A stretch of DNA of 64,000 bases from Thermoguttaceae bacterium (GTDB lineage Bacteria; Planctomycetota; Planctomycetia; Pirellulales; Thermoguttaceae): contig CAXXPV010000007.1 of the NCBI GenBank assembly GCA_963675935.2, forward strand, positions 133,038 to 197,037. The letters are read 5' to 3'. The notes below the pieces were generated by a model. The model was not told the origin of the DNA. It made no database searches and was given only the letters and a program-made list of their open reading frames with translations. The translations under genes were made by a program, and so were the position numbers. This document shows, piece by piece, positions 38,948 to 46,358 of this stretch (position 1 is the first letter of the stretch; every line of letters begins with the position of its first letter).

Positions 38948-40327
38948 ATGGCGAACATTCTTTGCATTGGAGCGGGCTACGTCGGCGGATCGACGATGGC
39001 GGTCATGGCGCAGAAATGCCCCGAACACCGCTTCACGGTCGTCGATATCAACGCGGCGCGAATTGCCGCATGGCAGTCGAACAACCTGCCCATCTACGAG
39101 CCGGGCTTGCTCGAAGTCGTGCAGGCGATTCGCGGCAAGAATCTGTTCTTCTCAACCGACGTCGATCGCGGCATCGCCGAGGCCGACATCATTTTCGTCA
39201 GCGTGAACACGCCCACCAAAACGTTCGGCCAGGGCGCCGGCCGGGCTGCCGATCTGCAATACTGGGAAAAGACCGCCCGTCAGATCGTTCGCAACGCGAA
39301 CGGTCCGAAAATCGTCGTCGAAAAAAGCACCTTGCCCGTCCGCACCGCCGAGGCGATGGAGCGGATTCTCAACGCGAACAACCGTGGTTTCCATTTCGAC
39401 GTTGTCTCGAATCCCGAGTTTCTGGCCGAGGGCACCGCGGTGGCCGACATGCAATCGCCCGATCGCGTGCTCATCGGCGGCCACCACACGTCCTCCGGTC
39501 AGCGTGCCGTGCAAACAATCGCCGACCTCTACGCCCACTGGGCGCCGCGCGATCGCATCCTCACCACGAATCTCTGGTCGGCCGAGTTGTCGAAACTCGT
39601 CGCCAACGCCTTTTTGGCCCAACGGGTCTCTTCGATCAATTCCATCTCGGCGCTCTGCGAGCGGACCGAGGCCGACGTTGACGAAGTCGCCCGCGCGGTC
39701 GGGTTCGACCCCCGCATCGGCCCGCGATTCCTTCAGGCCGGCGTGGGGTTCGGTGGCTCCTGCTTCAAAAAAGACATCTTGAACCTCGTGTATCTCTGTG
39801 AGCATTACGGGTTGCCGGAAGTCGCCGGCTATTGGCAACAAGTGGTGCTGATGAACGATTATCAGGAAGCCCGGTTCGTCGAGAACATGTTGACGGCGAT
39901 GTTCAACACCGTGGCGGGCAAGCGAATCGCCGTGTTCGGCGCCGCCTTCAAGGCGCACACGAGCGACACCCGCGAGTCGCCGGCCCTGGCCGTGTGCCGA
40001 ATGTTGTTGGAGGAGCGGGCTGACGTTGTAATCAGCGATCCTCACGCCCTGGAGAACGCGCGGCTGGACCTTGGCGACGCGGCCGATCGAGCGACGTTCG
40101 AGCCCGATCCCGTCCGAGCCGCGGCCGGCGCCCACGCCATCGCAATTGTCACCGAGTGGCCGTGCTTCGCCGAACTCGATTACAAGGCGATTTACGCCGA
40201 CATGCTCAAGCCGGCCTTCCTCTTCGACGGCCGAAATCTTTTGGATCACGCGGCGATTCACCAGATCGGTTTCAACGTTTATCCCTTGGGAAAGCCGCCG
40301 TTGCTTCACCACGAACATGAACAGTAG
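38948..40327 (+). CDS. ugd: UDP-glucose 6-dehydrogenase
   Basis: [47 protein letters not shown], and [14 protein letters not shown]. Confidence 0.9.
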   Translation: MANILCIGAGYVGGSTMAVMAQKCPEHRFTVVDINAARIAAWQSNNLPIYEPGLLEVVQAIRGKNLFFSTDVDRGIAEADIIFVSVNTPTKTFGQGAGRAADLQYWEKTARQIVRNANGPKIVVEKSTLPVRTAEAMERILNANNRGFHFDVVSNPEFLAEGTAVADMQSPDRVLIGGHHTSSGQRAVQTIADLYAHWAPRDRILTTNLWSAELSKLVANAFLAQRVSSINSISALCERTEADVDEVARAVGFDPRIGPRFLQAGVGFGGSCFKKDILNLVYLCEHYGLPEVAGYWQQVVLMNDYQEARFVENMLTAMFNTVAGKRIAVFGAAFKAHTSDTRESPALAVCRMLLEERADVVISDPHALENARLDLGDAADRATFEPDPVRAAAGAHAIAIVTEWPCFAELDYKAIYADMLKPAFLFDGRNLLDHAAIHQIGFNVYPLGKPPLLHHEHEQ

Positions 40328-40480
40328 GCTTTAGTATAACATCGTTGCTTGCGACGTTTTTCTGTTCGTATGAAGCATAATCTACGGCTTGCTTCCATCA
40401 TCGTGGACGCGGATTGATCCAAGTGGTATACTCGATGAAGGGCAGTTCGATGTTTTGCAGTGCTTTTAAGGGAGTCATCC

Positions 40481-40711
40481 GTGGCTGCGATATACCAAGA
40501 CGTGATTTCATTCGAGCCGGGCAAGCGAGCGGGAAAACCCTGCATTCGCGGAATGCGAATCACGGTATATGACGTGCTTTCGTATCTTGCCGCCGGAATG
40601 AGCCATCAGGAAATTCTCGACGATTTTCCCGAATTGACCGAAGTGGACATTCTTGCTTGCCTGAGTTACGCCGCCGACAGCGAACACCGAACGCTCGTGA
40701 CTTGCGCATGA
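40481..40711 (+). CDS. DUF433 domain protein (antitoxin-like)
   Basis: GKRAGKPCIRGMRITVYDVLSYLAAGMSHQEILDDFPELTEVDILACLSYAA is the DUF433 signature. GTG at 40481 preceded by aagggag. Confidence 0.7.
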   Translation: MAAIYQDVISFEPGKRAGKPCIRGMRITVYDVLSYLAAGMSHQEILDDFPELTEVDILACLSYAADSEHRTLVTCA

Positions 40712-40890
40712 AGCTGCTTCTCGATCAGAATATTTCACGCCGATTGGCAAATCACTTGGCGGATGTCTTTCCCGACGCCCGGCATGTGGCAGCACTGGGA
40801 TTGGACCGTGCGTCAGATGACGAAGTGTTTGATCCCAAGTACGAGGAGCTTCTCAGAAACGCTTGGGCGGAAATACGCGATCCTCAATAA
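40708..40890 (+). pseudogene. DUF5615-like (PIN-like partner of DUF433), C-terminally truncated
   Basis: MKLLLDQNISRRLANHLADVFPDARHVAALGLDRASDDEVF matches the family N-terminus, but the ORF ends after 60 aa. ATGA overlap with the DUF433 gene. Confidence 0.5.
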
Positions 40891-40895
40891 CGAAC

Positions 40896-42035
40896 ATGGA
40901 CGCTGATTCCACTACAACAACGGCAGCAGCGCGGATCGAGGCCCTGATCCACGGCCCGCAATACGCCGCGGCGCAGGCCGAGAAAGACGCCGCGTTGACG
41001 CCGCTGCTCCGCCGGCTCTGCCGCGACGCCGCCGGCGCATGCCCCGCCTACGCGCGATTCCTCGCCAAGTTCGGCGGCGACATCGACGCCTGGGCATCGT
41101 CGGCCGACGTTCCCCCGCTGCCGGTCTCGATGTTCAAGGAATTTTTGCTTAGCACCGTTCCGTCTGAAAAGATCGTGCGCGAGTTGCACTCATCTTCGAC
41201 CACCGGCCAGCAGCCGAGCCGAATCGCCATCGACAAGACGACCGCGTTCCGCCAATCGCGCGCCCTGGTGTCGATCTTGAAGGAACATCTCGGCGTCCGC
41301 CGGCGTCCGTTCCTGGTGCTCGACGCGGCCGACGCCGCCGCATCGGGCGATACCCTGACGGCGCGCGGCGCGGCGATTCGCGGCGTCGGCAATTTCGCCT
41401 CGAAAACCACCTTCGCGATGGACCGGGACGCCTCCGGCGGCCTCGCGGCGAATTGGCCTCGCATCGAACGGTTTTTCGCCGAGCATCGCGGCGAGCCTGT
41501 GCTGTTGTTCGGTTTCACGTTCGTCGTTTGGACGCAATTCGTTTTGGAGGCCGAGCGCCGCGGGCTGGTTTTCGACGCGCCCGAGACTATCGCCCTGCAC
41601 TCCGGCGGTTGGAAAAAACTCACGGCCCAAGCGGTATCGAAAGACGAGTTCAGCCGTCGCATGGCAACCGTTCTCGCGTGCGATCCTCGCCGCATTCTCG
41701 ATTTCTACGGCATGGTGGAGCAGGTGGGCGTCGTGTTCGTCGATTGCTCGGCCGGCAACAAGCACGCCCCGGCCTTCGCCGACGTGATCCTGCGCCGCCC
41801 CCTGACATTCGCGCCGGCCGCCATCGGCGAGTCGGGCATCATCGAAGTCATAAGCACGCTGCCGACGAGCTATCCCGGCCACGCGCTGTTGACCGAGGAC
41901 CAAGGCGTGTTGATCGGCGTCGATGATTGTCCTTGCGGCGGGCGCGGCGTCTATTTCCGCTTCACCAGCCGCATCGAACGGGCGGAACTGCGCGGCTGCG
42001 GCGACACCTTCGCACACTCCCGAGAATTGACCTGA
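40896..42035 (+). CDS. LuxE-like acyl-protein synthetase family protein
   Basis: VPPLPVSMFKEFLL...ELHSSSTTGQQPSRIAIDK, LHSGGWKK, YGMVEQVGVVFVDC...KHAP and SYPGHALLTEDQG are collinear with LuxE motifs. Confidence 0.7.
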   Translation: MDADSTTTTAAARIEALIHGPQYAAAQAEKDAALTPLLRRLCRDAAGACPAYARFLAKFGGDIDAWASSADVPPLPVSMFKEFLLSTVPSEKIVRELHSSSTTGQQPSRIAIDKTTAFRQSRALVSILKEHLGVRRRPFLVLDAADAAASGDTLTARGAAIRGVGNFASKTTFAMDRDASGGLAANWPRIERFFAEHRGEPVLLFGFTFVVWTQFVLEAERRGLVFDAPETIALHSGGWKKLTAQAVSKDEFSRRMATVLACDPRRILDFYGMVEQVGVVFVDCSAGNKHAPAFADVILRRPLTFAPAAIGESGIIEVISTLPTSYPGHALLTEDQGVLIGVDDCPCGGRGVYFRFTSRIERAELRGCGDTFAHSRELT

Positions 42036-42106
42036 TCGCGGTAGAAGAGTAAGATATAGAGTACGGTGCGAGGCATTTCCGAAGCCCGTTCGTTTGGAGA
42101 AAAATC

Positions 42107-42343
42107 ATGTCCACCTTGGTGCTAGACCAATCCGCCATTGAAAAATTAAGAACAGTCGTCGTGGGCACGGAAGTTCGGGATGCGCAGGGCGCGCTTGTCG
42201 GCTACTTCCATCCCGCGGTTTCGCCTGAAACCGTCGAACAGTACGAGTGTCCGTTGAGCGAGGAGGAATTGATTCGGATTGCACAAGAAGGTGGTGGACG
42301 GCCCTTGGCCGACATCTTGAGCGACTTAAGGAGCCGCTCGTGA
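42107..42343 (+). CDS. small antitoxin-like protein (partner of the ParE/RelE toxin)
   Basis: 78 aa. Its stop overlaps the GTG start of the downstream toxin (GTGA). No family was recognised by eye. Confidence 0.45.
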   Translation: MSTLVLDQSAIEKLRTVVVGTEVRDAQGALVGYFHPAVSPETVEQYECPLSEEELIRIAQEGGGRPLADILSDLRSRS

Positions 42344-42606
42344 AATACACAGTGGTCTGGTCTCCAGCGGCGGAAAGGAAGCTGGCTTCCATCTGGGTGG
42401 ATGCCGTTAATCGAGAGGTGATCGCCGATGTGGCGAATTCTCTCGACAGTCAATTAACCCGAAGTCCGTACACCGTTGGTGAATCACGGCCCTACGGTCA
42501 GCGGATTGCGCACTGTTTACCGCTTGGAATACGTTTCGAGGTTCACGAAGACGATCGTCTCGTCAGGATACTGACAGTATGGCTCTGCCAGCCTTCCGGT
42601 CGATAA
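42340..42606 (+). CDS. RelE/ParE family type II toxin
   Basis: KYTVVWSPAAERKLASIW...GESRPYGQRIAHCLPLGIRFEVHEDDRLVRILTVW follows the ParE/RelE pattern. Confidence 0.65.
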   Translation: MKYTVVWSPAAERKLASIWVDAVNREVIADVANSLDSQLTRSPYTVGESRPYGQRIAHCLPLGIRFEVHEDDRLVRILTVWLCQPSGR

Positions 42607-42607
42607 T

Positions 42608-43951
42608 ATGCCTCTCTCTGAATCTGAAACTCGCAAAGTGAGCAGAGAAAAAAGAGAGAAGGCCGGAGATACGGTGGGCCCAAGCATAATAAACATCACG
42701 CCCAATGGAATTTTGCCGGCCGGCGATAGCCTCGCGCCGACGATCGAGTCGCTTGAAAACAAGCGGAGTTGGCTCGCCCGCGTTCCGGTCGATCGTCTGC
42801 TGGCGTTGTTCGACGATTTCGCCCGGCGGCTGCCGCGTGACCCGCGCACGTGCCGGCTCGATGGCGTCGCGTTTCTCTCGGCCTGGCTCTCGCGCCGCAA
42901 TCTCGAACAGCTTTTGGCGTTGAACCTCGGCGGCAACACGGCTTATCTCGATGGTTTCGCGCCTCATGGGCGGAACTATCTGGCCGCGAAGCCGCACGGG
43001 CTGGCGGCCATGTGGATGGCCGGCAACGTGCCCACGCTGCCCATGTTTTCGCTCGTGCCGGCGTTGCTGGCCAAAAACGTCTGCCTGGTCAAGCTTGCGC
43101 GGCCCGAGCCGAACGGCATGGACCAACTGCTGGCCGTGCTGGCCGAATCGGAGACCGAGGGTCTTCGCGGCGACGAACTGCTCAAAACCGTCGCCGTCGT
43201 CTGGTTCGACTATCGAAACCGCGCGATGAACGAGCAAATGTCGCTGGCCGCCGATGTCAAAATCGCCTGGGGCGGCGCCGAGGCGATTCGGGCGATCTCC
43301 CTGCTGCCAAGACGCGAACATTGCGTCGAAATCATCTTCGGCCCAAAATACTCGATCGGCGTGATCGGCCGAAAACTGGCCGAGGACGACGCCGCGCTGG
43401 ATTCCGCCGTCGCCTCGTTCGTCCGCGACATCGCCGCGTTCGACCAGCGGGCGTGTTCCGCGCCGCAGACGATCTTCGTCGAGCGGAACGACCGGCGTTC
43501 GCTCCACGAAATCGGCGAGCGGTTCGCCCGGCATCTCGACCGCTTGCCGCCGAAGCCGGAGCTTGACGCCTACACCACCATGCAAATTCTCAACGTCCGC
43601 GCCCGCTGGGCGCTCGACGAGTCGAAGGACGTGATTGCCTCGACCGGCGGGGCGAACTGGACGGTCTGCATGGATCGAGAGGCGTCGCTGAAAGAGGCCG
43701 TACAGTCGCGCACCGTCTTCTTAACCGAAGTGGACTCGTGGCAAGCGATCATTCCGCTTCTCGGGCCGAAGGTGCAGACGGCCGGCATCGCGTTTGGCGA
43801 TCTCGACGAGTCGCTTCGTTTCGCCGAGGCGGCGACGGAGCGCGGCGTTGCCCGATGCGTGCGGCCCGGCATCATGAACAATTACGAGTCGCCCTGGGAC
43901 GGCAAGCTGATTGTCGGGCAACTCGTCCGCTGGGTCACTCTGAAGCCCTGA
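42608..43951 (+). CDS. LuxC-like acyl-CoA (acyl-ACP) reductase family protein
   Basis: AGNVPTLPMFSLVPALLAKNVCLVKLARPEP, DVKIAWGGAEAIRAI, FGPKYSIGVI and AAFDQRACSAPQTIFVE are collinear with LuxC. Confidence 0.7.
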   Translation: MPLSESETRKVSREKREKAGDTVGPSIINITPNGILPAGDSLAPTIESLENKRSWLARVPVDRLLALFDDFARRLPRDPRTCRLDGVAFLSAWLSRRNLEQLLALNLGGNTAYLDGFAPHGRNYLAAKPHGLAAMWMAGNVPTLPMFSLVPALLAKNVCLVKLARPEPNGMDQLLAVLAESETEGLRGDELLKTVAVVWFDYRNRAMNEQMSLAADVKIAWGGAEAIRAISLLPRREHCVEIIFGPKYSIGVIGRKLAEDDAALDSAVASFVRDIAAFDQRACSAPQTIFVERNDRRSLHEIGERFARHLDRLPPKPELDAYTTMQILNVRARWALDESKDVIASTGGANWTVCMDREASLKEAVQSRTVFLTEVDSWQAIIPLLGPKVQTAGIAFGDLDESLRFAEAATERGVARCVRPGIMNNYESPWDGKLIVGQLVRWVTLKP

Positions 43952-43985
43952 CGGCCGTTTCTCGGTCAGGGCCGATCAGTTTTTC
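43945..43985 (+). terminator. weak terminator-like hairpin after the LuxC-like gene
   Basis: Stem gccctgac / gtcagggc (8 bp) overlapping the stop codon, then ccgatcagttttt. The T-tract is displaced from the stem. Confidence 0.3.
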
Positions 43986-44236
43986 ACTGGTGGCAATGCC
44001 GGCGATGGCGTTGCTGCAATCTCGCACAACCCATCCCCCCCCTCGCCAAATAGGATGATGTTGGATTCGGCTGGTGTCAAAACACATTTCACGGGTCGTC
44101 CAGCTCACCCGGTTATTGCGGCGTAGACTTGATCCGCGTCGAAAGGCGGGCGTGCTGCGTGTGTTTTTTTGGCCCCCAGCCACCAGCCCCCAGAGGGGTA
44201 TTGACCCGGTGGCCTACGTCAATTACAGTAGATTTA

Positions 44237-45016
44237 ATGTTCGCCAAGCGGGTGATTCCATGCCTCGACGTGTACCGAGGCCGGGTGGTCAAAGGAACAA
44301 ACTTCCTCAATCTCCGGGATGCCGGAGACCCGGTCGAGGTCGCGGCGCGCTATGAGCAAGAGGGCGCCGATGAGCTTGTGTTTCTTGACATCACCGCCAG
44401 CCACGAGCATCGCGACATCATTCTCGACGTCGTCCGCCGGACCGCCGAGGTGATTTTCATGCCGCTGACCGTCGGCGGCGGGATTCGCACGTTGGACGAC
44501 ATTCGCTCGTTGTTGGTCGCCGGGTGCGACAAGGTATCGATCAATTCGGCGGCGTGCCGCAATCCCGAATTCGTCCGTCAGGCGGCCCGGCGTTTCGGCA
44601 GTCAGTGCATCGTGGTGAACATCGACCCCAAGCGGGTTCTCAAGGACGGCAAGGAGTTTTGGGAGGTGCATATCAACGGAGGCCGCATCGGAACCGGCCT
44701 CGAAGCCGTGGCCTGGGCGCGCGAGGTGGAACAACTTGGCGCCGGCGAGATCGTATTGACCTCGATGGACGCCGACGGCACCCACGACGGTTACGATTTG
44801 GAGATCACCCGGGCCGTGGCCGACGCGGTTTCCGTTCCGGTGGTGGCCAGCGGCGGCGCGGGATGTCCCGACCATTTGGCCGACGCCATCCTGCTCGGAG
44901 GGGCCGACGCCGCGTTGGCCGCGGGTATTTTTCACTTCGGGCAATACGGCATCGAGGAAACAAAACTCGTGATGCAAAAGAGAGGGATTCCCGTGAGAAT
45001 CGTCCAGGCGGTCTAA
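44237..45016 (+). CDS. hisF: imidazole glycerol phosphate synthase cyclase subunit
   Basis: [45 protein letters not shown], and [15 protein letters not shown]. Confidence 0.9.
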   Translation: MFAKRVIPCLDVYRGRVVKGTNFLNLRDAGDPVEVAARYEQEGADELVFLDITASHEHRDIILDVVRRTAEVIFMPLTVGGGIRTLDDIRSLLVAGCDKVSINSAACRNPEFVRQAARRFGSQCIVVNIDPKRVLKDGKEFWEVHINGGRIGTGLEAVAWAREVEQLGAGEIVLTSMDADGTHDGYDLEITRAVADAVSVPVVASGGAGCPDHLADAILLGGADAALAAGIFHFGQYGIEETKLVMQKRGIPVRIVQAV

Positions 45017-45190
45017 TGACGAATATCGAAATCCAAATGTCGAAGAAATGACGAAGCTCCAATGACGAATGAGGAAAAGAGTTTTCGACATTTTGATTTC
45101 GGCATTCGGCATTCATTCGACATTTTGATTTCGGCATTCGGCATTCATTCGATATTTTGATTTCGACATTCGACATTTCTAACAATTCAC
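45017..45190. repeat. palindromic/tandem repeat cluster (CGAATGCCGAAATCAAAATGTCGAA family)
   Basis: Left arm gacgaatatcgaaatccaaatgtcgaa. On the right there are about 2.5 tandem copies of cattcgacattttgatttcggcattcggcatt in inverted orientation. Confidence 0.75.
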
Positions 45191-45203
45191 CCCCCGATCT
45201 TCG

Positions 45204-46355
45204 ATGTCTTCATCCGTCGCCGCACCGCAGCAGTTCCTGGGCACGCACCAGGAGTTGGAAATCGACAAGCTCTTTCGGGCCGTCGTGAAACTTTCGGGCA
45301 GCGACTTGCACCTGAAGGTCGATCAGCCGCCGATCGTCCGCGTCAACGGCACCCTCCGGCCCTTGAATCGCCCTCCGGTCAACGACGAAGAAATGGTGCA
45401 GTTGATCTTCCCGATGATCAACATGCAGGAGCGGCGGAAGCGGATTTTCGAGGAGGACGGCGGCGTCGACTTCGCCTACGTGATCGACCTGGACGGCAAG
45501 AAGTGGCGATTTCGCGTCAACGTATTGCAGCAGCTTGGGCACGTCGGCCTGGTCGCCCGGTGCGTGAAGAACACCGTCCCCGATTTCGAGCATCTTTTTC
45601 TCCCGCCGTCGCTTTCCGAGTTGTGCAAGTTTTCGCAGGGGATGATTTTGCTGGCGGGCATCACCGGCTCGGGCAAGAGCACCACGATCGCCTCGATGCT
45701 CGACTGGATCAACCATCGCTACCGCAAGCACGTGCTGACGCTGGAAGACCCGATCGAGTTCACGTTCACCGACGACAAGTGCCTGATCAACCAGCGTGAG
45801 ATCGGCATGGACGTGAAGGATTTCATGACCGGCATGAAGCACGCGGTGCGTGAAGACCCCGACGTGATGCTGGTGGGCGAAATGCGCGACCGCGAAACAT
45901 TCGAGACGGCGATTCAGGCGGCGGAGACCGGGCACTTGGTGTTCGGAACGATCCACGCCTCGACCGCGCCGAGCACCATCGGCCGCATTTTGGACCTTTT
46001 CCCCCAGGGCATGCACACGGCCATCCGCAGCGCGCTGGTGTTCAATATGAAGGCAATTATCGCGCAGAAACTGCTGCCGTCGATCAAGCCGGGCGTCGGC
46101 CGCGTGCCGACCTGCGAGATTATGACGTTCTCGCCGACGATCCGTAAACTGCTTCTCGAGGGGCAAGACGAAAAACTGGCCGACGCCGTCCGCATCAGCA
46201 AGGACGACGGCATGCAGGACTTCACCATGAGTCTGAAAGACCTGGTGGAACGAGACATGATCGACCGACCCACGGCGTTCGAGGTGGCCCCGAACGCCGA
46301 GGCTCTCAAGATGGCGTTGAAGGGCATTGACCTCCGTGAAGCCGGAATTCTGTGA
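45204..46355 (+). CDS. pilT: type IV pilus retraction ATPase PilT
   Basis: Intact Walker A GITGSGKSTT, Asp box LTLEDPIEF, Walker B DPDVMLVGEMRD, and His box TGHLVFGTIHAS. Confidence 0.9.
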   Translation: MSSSVAAPQQFLGTHQELEIDKLFRAVVKLSGSDLHLKVDQPPIVRVNGTLRPLNRPPVNDEEMVQLIFPMINMQERRKRIFEEDGGVDFAYVIDLDGKKWRFRVNVLQQLGHVGLVARCVKNTVPDFEHLFLPPSLSELCKFSQGMILLAGITGSGKSTTIASMLDWINHRYRKHVLTLEDPIEFTFTDDKCLINQREIGMDVKDFMTGMKHAVREDPDVMLVGEMRDRETFETAIQAAETGHLVFGTIHASTAPSTIGRILDLFPQGMHTAIRSALVFNMKAIIAQKLLPSIKPGVGRVPTCEIMTFSPTIRKLLLEGQDEKLADAVRISKDDGMQDFTMSLKDLVERDMIDRPTAFEVAPNAEALKMALKGIDLREAGIL

Positions 46356-46358
46356 TTT

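Noticed and set aside
40896-43951. LuxE-like and LuxC-like genes as evidence of bioluminescence
   Set aside because: No luxA/luxB/luxD-like ORFs are in the window. The genes are embedded in a glycan operon with an ACP and AMP-ligase, which fits acyl-group tailoring instead.
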